From Octopus vulgaris (taxonomy: Eukaryota), in assembly GCA_951406725.2 (NCBI GenBank), contig OX597826.1, positions 53,568,001-53,632,000 on the forward strand: 64,000 bases of DNA. The letters are read 5' to 3'. The notes beneath the pieces were generated by a model. It had not been told where the DNA came from. It saw only the letters and a list, made by a program, of their open reading frames with translations, and did no database searches. Made by a program: the position numbers and the translations under genes. Below are positions 1 to 12,420 of this stretch, one piece after another (position 1 is the stretch's first letter; each line of letters opens with the position of its first letter).

Positions 1-89
1 GCCATACAACTACATGTGTGTATATGTGTGAATCTGTTAAGAAGTCTATCTGTAAATGTGTGCTCTTTACGTCTGAGTAATTTCAACTA

Positions 90-492
90 TTTTTTATATA
101 CCATTTGCTTTGGTCATCTTAATTTTTTAAATAGCATCTGCTTTGGTCATCTTAATTTTTTAAATAGCATCTGCTTTGGTCATCTTAATTTTTTAAATAG
201 CATCTGCTTTGGTCATCTTAACTTTTTATATAGTATTTGCTTTGGTCATCTTAATTTTTTAAATACCATTTGCTTTGGTCATCTTAATTTTTTATATAGC
301 ATCTGCTTTGGTCATCTTAACTTTTTATATAGCATTTGCTTTGGTCATCTTAATTTTTTATATAGCATCTGCTGCTTTGGTCATCTTAATTTTTTATATA
401 GCATTTGCTTTGGTCATCTTAATTTTTTATATAGCATCTACTTTAGTCATCTTAATTTATAATATAGCATTTGCTTTGGTCATCTTAATTTT
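90..492. repeat. 33-bp minisatellite, 12 copies
   Basis: Unit atagcatYtgctttggtcatcttaaYtttttaW; one 36-bp unit has an extra gct. Confidence 0.95.
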
Positions 493-1622
493 CAGGTGTA
501 GTCTTGAAATTCTTGACCTCTCCTGGAATTAGGAACCCTACAATAATGGGTACAAGTTCTGGATTTGACAGAGTAGTTAGAGCATCAAATGAAATGCTTT
601 GCAGCATTTGCTCCAACTATTAGGGCTCTGAGTTCAAATTGTGCAGAGCCCAACTTTATCTTACATCCTTGCAGGGTTGATGAAAAAAGTACTAATGCAA
701 GGCAGTGGGATTGGCAAAACTGTAAGAATGAGCAAACCGAATGCCTTGATGTATTTTTTCTGGTTCTTTGCATTCTGGGTTCAAATCCTGCCATGGCCTT
801 CTTGTGTGGGAGACTTAACCATGACATAACACCCCCACCTTAGTGGAGTCTGCTTTGGGAATACCTCCCTTACTCCTTCCTATCAGTCTCAAAAACCCTG
901 AAACATATCATGGAAACAACCTTTCCTCCTGACAAAAAAATTTGATAGGTTAAGTAAAGCTATAATAGTAAAAATCAATATAATGGAACTACACCAAGAA
1001 TACCCTAGAAACTGTATGCTTTATCCTGTGCTTTATTCTCATGCTGATTTTGAGAAACTTCAATATCAACTGTAAAAAGATAGTTCCAAGTGACTAACTG
1101 TACACATTAATTTCTAAGATATAACATTGTGTCCCTAAATTTATACACACTTTTGTTCTCTTCATTTAACTTATCTTAGAGAAAAGGAGCCAAGAATTTG
1201 TAAAATATTGTTTAAATGGTCAATATGAACATCTAAATCATGTACAGAGCCAAGGAAACTCTCTGTGGGTTAGATAAATGTAAATAAATTAATAATTGTA
1301 AATAAAATTAAAATAAATGCATAGATTATTCTGTTATGTGATAATAATTTGAATCTTTTCAGTAATTTACATATTTTCTCATTTCAAACTGAATTTATAA
1401 AGAACACGTAGTTGATGACGACAAAACTAATGGTCACCTGAGACTGGGATAGTTGCAGTAAGCAAATGGCATCATAACAAATATTTAATGATTAACATAA
1501 AAGTAAATTAGTAAAATTCATAGAAGTTACTTAAAAGACATTTTGATGTTAACTTGTAAGAGACTACCCCTGGCTCTGTCATACAAAAATCACCTGTTTT
1601 AAAACATTATATTTAAGTTTAA

Positions 1623-1854
1623 CACTTAAGCATTGAAGCCAGCCATATCCAGTCAACATATTTTATGTTTTATACTTAAACTGGCCAAGTCTGGCCCCCA
1701 CCCCAGCAACCTTGCAATATCATTAAAAAAATTAACTGTTAGCTAATCAAAATCTCAAAGCTATGAGATTTTGATTTATTCAAAACATGATTTATTCAAA
1801 ACAATATGAATAAATAAGCATTACTTTTAATGAAAGAATTTGAACGCTAAAGGA
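1623..1854. mobile_element. TTAA-flanked piggyBac-like MITE (degenerate)
   Basis: ttaa|cacttaagcatt ... aacgctaaagga|ttaa, imperfect terminal inverted repeats (TIRs). Confidence 0.5.
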
Positions 1855-2068
1855 TTAAACCTGCTGTCATAATTTTATATCAGAACTTTTTGTTATGTTC
1901 TGAATATTATTAAAAAAATAATTGATTTCATGAAACCCTTCCCGATTCTCAAGTATATTATAAATCACTTGAAACACAAAGATAATGTATTTCATTAAAT
2001 ATACAGTCACAGAAGTGTTAGCAATTACATGGTTAATGATTTCAGATGAATTTTTATCTGTAACTTAC

Positions 2069-2108
2069 CCAAGTGAGTAAACAAGTTTCTAGCAACCTGC
2101 AGCAGTGC
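2069..2108 (-). CDS. PDE2A: PDE2A-like exon: ALLQVARNLFTHL, 40 nt (start of GAF-B region)
   Basis: Acceptor ttcatttcatcag, donor G|gtaagt. Near-identical to ALLQVAKNLFTHL. Phase 0 to 1. Confidence 0.95.
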
Positions 2109-3419
2109 CTGATGAAATGAATATGAATAGAATTAGATTCAGCTTTTGCACCAAACATTCTTTCATTTTTTGTTAAAAAGAAACAAAAGCTAAAAAGTCG
2201 TTAAAGGTAATAATCGTAATAATCTCAGTGCAACAAATAATGATTTAGATATATCATGTAATAAGACCTATTTACAGCTGTGAAATGAACAATTAAGAAT
2301 TAAGAATGAATAATGTGATAAGAAATATCAATCTTTTAGATGGTTGGCAGGCAACCTATTGACCTATTGATTTATCTATACAGTGGCATTTCTTCACCAA
2401 TATATTACATTCCTCTCTCTTTATTGTTGTAACCACAATGTAATATTTTGAATGACCAATACCCAAATGGTCAGAGTTCTTGGCAGTTGGCCTAAAGGTA
2501 ATGACTTGTAAACTCTACATTCTATCTTTATTATCCAATAACAAACAGTGCTATAAAAAGAAAATGCTAAAAATTACAGAAAATTACAAATGCATTGCTG
2601 AATTTCTTTTCATAGACTAATTTAAGGTTTTTCCTGCACCTTAACTACAGAATTATATTCACATAGACTTCACCCATTGCCTGGTTTAACACCACCACCA
2701 CCTGGCCTAAGGGTGCTTTTGATAAAGTACATGCTGTTGCAAACATTCAGGTTAGGTTTTCAGTTTGAGATTAACTTCTTCCCTTCCACTCGCCATACTT
2801 AGAGGTTCTGCAAAAAGGTCAAAGGTGCTACTCTTTCCCTCTGAAATACACTGAAGAATACGATAGCCTTTTCATATCACTTATTTGATCTCCTCCTCAT
2901 TCATTCACATCATTGTTATTTCAACAATGAACTATCCATGCTTGCATGGGTTGTATGAAGCATGTTGAGGCAGATCTTTTAAGCTGGATGCTCTCTCTGT
3001 CACCAACTTTCATCTGTTTCCATGTAAGGTTATATTCCTCTGGTCTTTCAAAGATGAACAGCCAGATATGTTTTCATGGAAGATTGCAGACAGCTGACAA
3101 TTTTTTCTTCATTTTTATCAACAAAGAGTCTTTGTTAAAGTCAGTATGCACAAATACACACACTATTATATATATATATAATGACTTCTTTACAACTTCT
3201 ATCTACTGAATTCACTCACAAGGTATTGGTTGACTTAAAGCTAAAGCGAAAGGTATTTGCCCAAAGCAGGATTGAACCTGAATCCATGTGATTATGAAAC
3301 AAACCTCTTAACCACACAACCACATCTGCACCCTATTAAATGGAATCATATAACTAAATACATGATGACTTCCAAACTGCCATTTCAAAAGTAATTATAC
3401 ATGCAAGGATACAACTTAC

Positions 3420-3531
3420 TTTAGTTTGATCTTTGAGCTTTCTCTCATTTTGGTATGCTAGGGTACTTGTAAGAACTGTAGCTGTGTATTTGAAACAATG
3501 CTTGATAATGTGTACATCATCAGGACAGAAC
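3420..3531 (-). CDS. PDE2A: PDE2A-like exon: [37 protein letters not shown], 112 nt
   Basis: Acceptor tttttcattcag, donor gtaagt, phase 2 to 0. Strong match to [33 protein letters not shown]. Confidence 0.96.
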
Positions 3532-3814
3532 CTGAATGAAAAAAAGTTGATGGTTCTTTGATTATATAAACAAAAGGAAACAAGAATTTTTTTTTTTGTG
3601 TGTGTGTGTTCATGCAATTATTTTACTGGCTTCAATCATTGGACTGCAGCCATGCTGCAATACTGCTTTCAACATTTTATCAATCATATCAACCGCAGTA
3701 CTTAATTTAGTCTGGTATTTATTTAATAGCTCCCTATTTGTTGAAATACAAAGTTACAAGGCTGAAAGGGATACAACATAAACACAAATACACAAAATAC
3801 ACAAGTGTGCATAC

Positions 3815-3859
<45 letters not shown>

Positions 3860-4190
3860 AATATATACAACAGAGTTTCTGTTTTCCACTTACTAGGTGT
3901 TACTGAAACCATGTAAAAGAGAGTAATAGCCTTGATAATATCAAATAACAAAACAGAAAAATATTCCATGTTTTCAGTTAATTATTCATGATTAATATAA
4001 ATTCACAGTGTCCATTAATTAACATGCTGGATCACAAACCTAAACTATCAGCTGAAATCATCCCCAGAACATTGTGTTGTAAATTTATACAATGCATGTT
4101 TCATTACTCAATCGGTTGGCATTAAAAAAGAAGTCTCATAGAAAAAAATATAGTTGTTGTAAGCATTTCAGTTAATATTTCATTTTTCCA

Positions 4191-4808
4191 AGGTGGTGAG
4201 CTGGCAGAAACGTTAGCACGCCGGGTGAAATGCTTAGCGGTATTTCGTCAGCCGCTGCGTTCTGAGTTCAAATTCCGCCGAGGTTGACTTTGTCTTTCAT
4301 CCTTTCGGGATCCATAAATTAAGTACCAGTTACGGACTGGGGTCGATATAATTGACTTAATCCGTTTGTCTGTCCTTGTTTGTCCTCTCTGTGTTTAGCC
4401 CCTTGTGGGTAGTAAAGAAATAGGTATTTCGTCTGCCGCTGCGTTCTGAGTTCAAATCCCGCCGAGGTTAACTTATCCTTTCAGGGTTGATAAATTAAGT
4501 ACCAGTTGTGTACTAGGGTTGATCTAATCGACTGGCCCCACCCCCAAATTTCGGGCCTTGTGCCTAGAGTAGAAAAGAATATTATGATCATCTTAAGGCG
4601 GCGAGCTGGCAGAAACATTAGCATGCCGGGTGAAATGCTTAGTGATATTTCGTCTGTCTTTACGTTCTGAGTTTAAATTCCGCCTAGGTTGACTTTGCCT
4701 TTCATTCATTTAGGGTCGATAAATTAAGTATCAGTTGTGTACTGGAGTTGATCTAATTGACTGGCCCCTTCCCCAAAAATTTCAGACCTTGCGCCTAGAG
4801 TAGAGAAG
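4191..4808 (+). mobile_element. SINE-B composite: full unit with tail 1, headless unit with tail 2, full unit with tail 2
   Basis: tRNA-like A box tggcagaaacgtt and B box gagttcaaattc. 17-bp TSD aatatttMatttttcca at 4174-4190 and 4809-4825. Confidence 0.9.
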
Positions 4809-5237
4809 AATATTTAATTTTTCCAGCAAACTATGTAAGTTATATATATCAAAATAAAAACATGCAAAAAACAGACACAAAGAAAAAAAAAAGTCACAAG
4901 CATTAAGATAAAACAAAAGGAGATTCTTGTATAGTAAAAATAATTGGAGACTGATAAGGAAGTCTGTTGAATAGAATTGTGTCCAGGTCAACGACCAGGC
5001 CACTGTTGAAATCCCCCATACCCTCTACCACCATCAATATTGCTTCCACCACAATCCCTGCCATTCCCACCATCATCAGCAGCACCACCACTTGTCTGCC
5101 TTTCCATGCTGGCATGGGTTGGATGACCTTTGTGAGGCATTTTTTTTTTAATTGGATGCCCTTCCTGCCCCTAACTCATTTAGTTGCATCTTATTACAAC
5201 TAGGGACATAACTTGCTTACTCTAAAGCCAGGATGTT

Positions 5238-5541
5238 TGTTGTTTGTTCCTTCTCGAGCCATGCCTGGCTCATAAGGGCCGGTTTCCTAGTTTCCTTGGC
5301 GTATAGGTTCCCCACCTGGATGGACGCCGGTCTGTCGCAGGTGAGCTGCAAGATGCAGGAGGAAAGAGTGAGAGAAAGTTGTGGCAAAAGAGTCAGCAGA
5401 AGTTCGCCATTACTTTCTGCTGGAGTTGCGTGGAGCTTAGGTGTTTCGCTTGTAAACACACACATCGCCCGGTCTGAGATTCGAACCCGCAATCCCTTGA
5501 CCGCGAGTCCGCAGCTCTAACCACTAGGCCACGTGCCTCCA
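5238..5541 (-). mobile_element. SINE-C2 (tRNA-derived), full length
   Basis: Head tggcctagtggttag...ggttcgaatc, (AAAC/AAC)n tail. Perfect 15-bp TSD taaagccaggatgtt at 5223-5237 and 5542-5556. Confidence 0.92.
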
Positions 5542-5873
5542 TAAAGCCAGGATGTTCATGATGATGAATACTCCTCGCATACCCTATAGTATATCTGCTA
5601 CACTGAGCTAGCATTATTAAAATCATTAAAATTAATTTTACTATGTGAGAACATCCAAATATTACCTATTACATCTGACCGACTATTAATATGTTACTTA
5701 AACCTTTTACTCCCTATGTTACATAGGCCATTGATGACCATCATCTGTTGTTCTCAATTTTGGGTTGTCTCTCAGATTTTGTACGTTTTGAAATGTTATC
5801 AATGCTTCAGAAAGTTTGCCCTACACAAACTCATTTTTACCTCTGGGAAGATACAGACTGTATTAGTCTGACT

Positions 5874-6695
5874 CAGGGTCAGATTAAGAGCCACTGAGTC
5901 CCTAAGCACCTAAAAGATTTTGGTGCCCCCCATATAATTCAAAATATAAACATTAATAAACCATAAAATAAATTTTTAGTCTTCAAAATGAAACAAAACT
6001 AACAGTAAGATGGAAAATAATGTTTATTTTTGTATCTCTTTACTCTCTTTTACTTGTTTCAGTCATTTGACTGCGGCCATGCTGGAGCACCGCCTTTAGT
6101 CGAGCAAATCGACCCCGGGACTTATTCTTTGTAAGCCCAGTACTTATTCTATCGGTCTCTTTTGCCGAACCGCTAAGTGACGGGGACGTAAACACACCAG
6201 CATCGGTTGTCAAGCAATGCTAGGGGGACAAACACAGACACACAAACACGCACACACACACATATATATATACATATATACGACAGGCTTCTTTCAGTTT
6301 CCGTCTACCAAATCCACTCACAAGGCATTGGTCGGCCCGGGGCTATAGCAGAAGACACTTGCCCAAGATGCCACGCAGTGGGACTGAACCTGGAACCATG
6401 TGGTTGGTAAGCAAGCTACTTACCACACAGCCACTCCTGTGCCTATATTTCCACTTTATTTATATTTGAATGGTTTTCTCCTACTTTTTTTTTTTAACTG
6501 CAAAGTCTTTGATCAGATCCTTACTATGACACCATGAACAATTCAAAATTATATTTCTGTTCATATAAATCATTTCCAATATTATTTTAAAGTGATTTTT
6601 TTTGTGCAGTAAACCATTTACCATTTCTGTGGTGCCCACCTTCCCTTGATGCTCTAAGCATATGCTTATTTTGCTTAATGGTTAATCCAGCACTG
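5874..6695. mobile_element. hAT-like non-autonomous element carrying a nested SINE-A
   Basis: TIRs cagggtcagattaa / ttaatccagcactg. 8-bp TSD gtctgact / gtgtgacc. Confidence 0.7.
6035..6444 (-). mobile_element. SINE-A (tRNA-derived, central TA/TG microsatellite), full length
   Basis: Reverse complement of the copies at 24473, 33139 and 54595. A box tggctgtgtgg, B box ggttcagtcc, (gtaaaaga)n tail. Confidence 0.92.
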
Positions 6696-7256
6696 GTGTG
6701 ACCTCTTTCTTCTGACCTGTCCTGCATAGGAAGTCGTACCAGGACCTTGTGCTACACTGGCATAGCACTCAGAATCACTGAGACACACAAGTCACCACAA
6801 CACAACAAGGACTGGACATTATTAACATCTTGCCTACTGTATTTTAACATTCCTGCACAATATTGTTCTCAGGTTCAATATCATAAATCCCAAGGAATTA
6901 AAGAAATCGAAAAGATAGCAGTCCAATAGTGGGGTGGCAATTAAATTAAAACTTTTCAGTACTTAATTCTTGCAGGTTAAGAAATTTGATTTCCAACCAA
7001 ACGGTTTCAATCCCAATGCATGGTACTTCGGGGAAGTGCCTTCTATTAAGGCCTCAGATTGATAAATATATTCTGAGAGGAATTTGGTAGACAAAACCAA
7101 TGCAGAAGGCCATTATTTATATTACCCAAGTTGTCACTATCATCCTCATCATCTTCATCATCACATAATTATATGACTGTTTCTTCAGGCGGTTAATTTT
7201 TATTCAGAGTTATTGCCCTCTATGGCTGGGAACTATGTCTTACCTACATGTCTCAA

Positions 7257-7937
7257 TTTTTGGCATGGTTTTGATAGCTCAATGCCTTTACTAATCACTT
7301 TACAGAATGTACTAGGGGAATATATTATTGTGGTACTGCACTACAGAAGTTGTCATTGAAGCCTTCTGATAAAGTCATGGGCACCTCTCACTACCCTCTT
7401 CTGATCAAATCATAATATAATAAAAAAAGACCATAAGTGGCTTTGCTCCAGAGCGTCGGCTGCGGGGTCACTCCGAAAAGCTCTATCTGCGACGATTTCA
7501 TCTCAATCGAAGGAGAATGGCTTTCTCCGTCCGGGTTGTGGATCCGTGGAATAAGCTGCCGGATGAGATAGTGAAGATGCCGACGACCGCTCGGTTCAAA
7601 GTCTCCCTTGACCACAAATGGCCTGAACTCTTTGCATGAACACCACCCTGTACATAACTCCATGTCCCCCTACATGAACTTGCTTCTTGCTTTTTGAGCC
7701 AAAAAATTAACTCAACTTAACTTAACTAAGTATTCATAAGTTTTGGCAAGGCTTTGCTAGCTCAATGACTTTGCCAATTGCTTTACAGAATATACTAGAG
7801 GAATACTATTGTGGTACTGCACTACGGAAGTTGTCATTGAAGCCTTGTGATAAAGTCATGGGCACCACTCACTACCCTCTTCTGACCGAATCATAATATA
7901 AAAAAAGAAATCCGTAAGTGGTTTTAGTATTCATAAG
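7257..7937. repeat. ~198-bp tandem duplication whose first copy is interrupted by CR1
   Basis: 7257-7444 plus 7729-7740 matches 7741-7937. Confidence 0.85.
7445..7728 (+). mobile_element. CR1-clade LINE 3' fragment
   Basis: Translates RRLRGHSEKL...AFSVRVVDPWNKLPDEIV...RFKVSLD, a typical CR1 ORF2 C-terminus. Short 3' UTR with (aactt)n tail; CpG-rich. Confidence 0.85.
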
Positions 7938-8185
7938 TTATAAATTTAGATTGATGAAAGACAAAATAATGGGTAACTTTTGAAGTTCTAAACTGGAATA
8001 TTCTCAAAAAGAATTCTTTCTATTTGTTATAAAGCTCAAAAGTGATATTTCTAACTTTCAACATAACACATACTGTCCTTGACTACCATCAATAATAACC
8101 ATTAACATTATTTTCATTATATTGTCAGTATCAGTGTCATCGGTAGAATATATGAAAATCTTAGATCCTATTAGCAATCACTCAC

Positions 8186-8316
8186 CTTGATCCGTCCGAC
8201 TTATTAACAACACAAACCAATGCAATAAGGCTTTCATCAGCTTTGCTTATCACTGGGACACACAGAAATGTTTGGATACTGATGTTTAATAATTTTTCCA
8301 GTTCTTTGAGATTCTT
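8186..8316 (-). CDS. PDE2A: PDE2A-like exon: KNLKELEKLLNISIQTFLCVPVISKADESLIALVCVVNKSDGS(R), 131 nt
   Basis: Acceptor ttgttttttccttttatag, donor AG|gtgagt. Contains GAF motif LCVPVIS...VNK. Phase 0 to 2. Confidence 0.96.
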
Positions 8317-8617
8317 CTATAAAAGGAAAAAACAAAACAATGAGGGGAGAAAAAAAAAAAGCAAAGATATACAAATTGAATATATTATTTAATATCAAGA
8401 CTGGTGATAGTAGCAACGACAGAGTGAAATAGAAAATAAAACAGGATTCTCTTTCACAAGGAATAAAACAAGGCTCTATAAGACAATATAAAAATGGTAA
8501 TGATTAGAACCAAGCCATATATTCTGTTATTCCAAACAAAATTTGGACATCTGAAGGTGGTTTTTTACAGCTGATAAAAAGGAATAGTTCAATGTATATT
8601 TAGTCTGCGTGTAAATA

Positions 8618-8839
8618 CAATAATCCCTCACCATTTGCGGTTCACCTATCGTGGTTTATTATTTAAGCTTGCATCGATTCCTCCATGGTCTCGTTTTGCA
8701 TTTATAATAAAATAAATATATACAAATTATAAAGATAAAGAAAAAAAATATACAGTACAGTACTGCTTCTACTTTGCAGATTTTCACCTATCATAAGGTT
8801 TTTGGAACATAACAGCCCACAATAGTTGAGGGGTTACTG
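8618..8839. mobile_element. pogo/Tigger-like MITE
   Basis: ta|caataatccctc ... gaggggttactg|ta. Confidence 0.65.
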
Positions 8840-8852
8840 TATAAGAGTGTTG

Positions 8853-9027
8853 AGTTCAAATACATTCTGAGTTCAAATTCTGCTGCGGTCAACTTTGCCT
8901 TTCATCCTTTCGGGGTCGATTAAATAAGTACCAGTTACGCACTGGGGTCGATATAATCGACTTAATCCGTTTGTCTGTCCTTGTTTATCCGCTCTGTGTT
9001 TAGCCCCTTGTGGGTAGTAAAGAAATA
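8853..9027 (+). mobile_element. SINE-B, 5'-truncated
   Basis: Body plus tail 1. 15-bp TSD tgtataagagtgttg at 8838-8852 and 9028-9042. Confidence 0.9.
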
Positions 9028-9592
9028 TGTATAAGAGTGTTGCAACAGGTATATCTACAAGGAGAAGTTTCCTTTTATTTGATTCAAGAAAATGATGGAA
9101 CAGCTATGAATGCAGAGCCAGGTGAGTGGCTAAATAGTTTGCTTTGCAGCCTCTTGGTTCTGGGTTTGATTCTACAACATGGTACCTTGGGCAACACTCT
9201 TTTGTTATAGCCATCGGTTGAAGATCCTTGTGAATGAAATTTCATAGATACTAATTGTGCAGAACTCATGCCATGCATGTGTGTGTGTGTATATGTGTGT
9301 ATGCATATATGTATGTATGTCATTTTTCAGTTTTATTCCATGATTTCTTGCCAATAGAGAAGGAGCTGGTTTCTAACCTAGATCTAAGGCCCCTTCATTG
9401 GAATATCAACATCAACAACAGGATATTTTTGTTTGCATGTATACCTATATGTATGTATGCATGAATTCATACATGCATGTATGTTTATACATATACTACT
9501 TCTTAATTTGAGCGGAGCATATATCATCATCATCATCTTCGTTTAGCGTCCGCTTTCCATGCTAGCATGGGTTGGACGGTTCAACTGGGATC

Positions 9593-9642
<50 letters not shown>

Positions 9643-9730
9643 TATATATGCATGTACATATGTATATGAGTGCATTCAGTATGATCATGCATATGTACAT
9701 GTTGGGTGATTGGTGTTAGGAAGGGCATCC

Positions 9731-9941
9731 TTTCTACTGGAAGCACAAGGCCTCAAATTTTGGGGGAAGGGATTAAGTTGATTACATCGAACTTAGTGTC
9801 TAACTGGTACTCATTTTTTTTACCCTGAAAGGATGAAAGGCAAAGATCACCTTAACGGAATTTGAGCTCAGTACGTAATGACAGACGAAATACCGCTGAG
9901 CATTTCACCTGGCATGCTAACGATTTCACCAGCTCGCCACC
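9731..9941 (-). mobile_element. SINE-B with tail 2
   Basis: Reverse complement of the 4596-4808 type. Confidence 0.8.
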
Positions 9942-10000
9942 TCGAGCAGACAAGAGCAGTATCAAGAATAACAGAGACAAGAAATACATTTGGAGACTAA

Positions 10001-10281
10001 TACTCTTTCTCTTTTACTTGTTTCAGTCATTTGACTGCGGCCATGCTGGAGCACCGCCTTTAATCGAGCAACTCGACCCCGGAACTTATTCTTTGTAAGC
10101 CCAGCACTTATTCTATCGGTCTCTTTTGCCAAACCGCTAAGTTACGGGGACATAAACACACCAGCATCCGTTGTCAAGCAATGTTGGATGGGACAAACAC
10201 AGACACACAAACATACACGCACACACATATATATATATATATATGACGGGCTTCTTTCAGTTTCCGTCTACCAAATCCACA
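10001..10281 (-). mobile_element. SINE-A, 5'-truncated
   Basis: Matches the 3' two-thirds of SINE-A. Confidence 0.85.
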
Positions 10282-10870
10282 TTACCACAAGAGGTTAAAG
10301 AAAGATGCTCTGTTTCCTCTGTATTCAAGTATCTACAAACAACCACTCTTATATGGTGGTTGTGAGGAACAGAAAATAACTATGCCCTTTAAGCCCTATC
10401 AGAAAGATAGGCAAAACAATAAAGATTTTCTACGTTGCTATATCTGTCAGATGATAAAGTATATGACATGGGACAGCATGCTGTGAGAGCTAGCCAATTC
10501 ATGCCAAAATGAAAAACCGAACATAAGATGATGATGATGTAGATGATGATTATGATGATGTTGCGTTCAGACTAAATATTAACTAGTGTCTGTACATTAT
10601 ACATATATAGGTATACCTTAAGTTAGGTTGTTTTGAGTTACATGTTTTTCAAATTTGTTTTTTGAAAAGAAATTAATGAAAAAACATAAAACTCAACTTC
10701 AGACAATTAATCTTACTTTATCTCAATCTCAGTAAACATATTTAAAAGCTTAGAAATAAAAATTTAAAAAAAAAACCTCACCTAAAAACCAATAGTGAAA
10801 TGGAAAATCAAATAAAATACATGGGAAAATATGTACAAACCATTTATTAAAATGGGTCCTTTTTTTTTTT

Positions 10871-11248
10871 ACTTTTACTTGTTTCTGTCATTATACTGTG
10901 GCCATGCTGGGGCACCGCCTTGAAGAATTTTTAATAGAATGAATTGAACCCAGTACTTATTTTTTTTAAAGCATAGCACTTATTCTATCTGTCTCTCTTG
11001 CTGAACTGCTAAGTTACAGGGATGTAAACACACTAACACTGGTTGTCAATGATGGTGGGGGACAAACACAGATACAAGGACACACACACTGGCTTCTTTT
11101 AGTTTCCATCTACTGTATCCATTCACAAGGCTGTGGTTACCTCGAGGCTATAGTAGAAGACACTTGTCCAAAATGCCATGCAGTGGGATTGAACTTGCAG
11201 CCATGTGGTTGAGGAAAAAATTTCTTATCACATAACCATGCCTGTGCC
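10871..11248 (-). mobile_element. SINE-A, diverged
   Basis: Collinear with SINE-A. Confidence 0.8.
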
Positions 11249-11597
11249 TTGATATGAGTTAATGAATAAAAAAAAAAAAATTGCCATGTTATGCTTGTTT
11301 TGAGTAAAGTTGCATGTCTTGGAATCAATTACTGAAGTAAGTTGAAGTATGCCTGTATATTTGAAGCATGTTTGTATAAAGAAACTTGTGAGCGAGATGC
11401 AGTTCCCCAGCCAGTCTAAGTGAGTTATATGCCTAAATATGTGCAGACTCAGACTGTGGTGTCCTGTCGATCAGCATGGATTTAAAATGATGACGATGAC
11501 AACGAGGATGATGATGATGATGATGATGATTTAATGTTAAAGTTGTGTAGCCACTAGCACATTCATATATAACTAAATGGAATAGTTAAAAACTGAA

Positions 11598-12420
11598 GGA
11601 TGGCGAGCTGGCAGAACCTTTAGCATGCCGGGCAAAATGCTTAGCAGTATTTCGTTTGCTGTTACGTTCTGAGTTAAAATTCTGCCGAGGTTGACTTTGC
11701 CTTTCATCCTTTCAGGATTGATTAAATAAGTACCAGTTATGCACTGGGGTCAATGTAATCAACTTAATCCGTGTGTCTGTCCTTGTTTGTCCGCTCTGTG
11801 CTTAGCCTCTTGTGGGCAGTAAAGAAATAAGTATTTCGTCTGCTGTTACGTTCTGAGTAAAAATTCCGCTGAGGTTGACTTTGCCTTTCATTCCGCTGAG
11901 GTTGACTTTACCTTTCATCCTTTCAGGATCGAGTAAATAAGTACCAGTTATGCACTGGGGTCAATGTAATCGACTTAATCCGTGTGTCTGTCCTTGTTTG
12001 TCCCCTCTGTGTTTAGCCCCTTGTGGGCAGTAAAGAAATAAGTATTTCGTCTGCTGTTACGTTCTGAGTAAAAATTCCACTGAGGTTGACTTTGCCTTTC
12101 ATTCCGCTTAGGTTGACTTAGCCTTTCATCCTTTCAGGATCGAGTAAATAAGTACCAGTTATGCACTGGGGTCAATGTAATCGACTTAATCTCTTTGTCT
12201 GTCCTAGTTTGTCCCCTCTGTGTTTAGCCCCTTGTGGGCAGTAAAGAAATAAGTATTTCGTCTGCTGTTATGTTCTGAGTAAAAATTATGCCGAGGTTGA
12301 CTTTGCCTTTCATCCTTTCAGGATCGAGTAAATAAGTACCAGTTATGCACTGGGGTCAATGTAATCGACTTAATCTCTTTGTCTGTCCTTGTTTTCCCCC
12401 TCAATGGGCAATAAAGAAAC
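11598..12420 (+). mobile_element. SINE-B tetramer: one head plus four body units
   Basis: Units of 184, 211, 211 and ~168 bp. TSD agYtaaaaactgaa on both sides. Confidence 0.92.

Noticed and set aside
90-492. CRISPR-like periodicity
   Set aside because: The units are contiguous with no unique spacers, there are no cas genes, and the context is eukaryotic.
16-532. ORFs of 148 and 85 aa with Cys/His periodicity
   Set aside because: They are translations of the 33-bp minisatellite; the spacing does not fit a zinc finger and they are antisense to the host gene.
6207-6410. Recurrent ORFs ending EDTCPRCHAVGLN(L/P)EPCGW
   Set aside because: Antisense translations of SINE-A copies, not a gene family.
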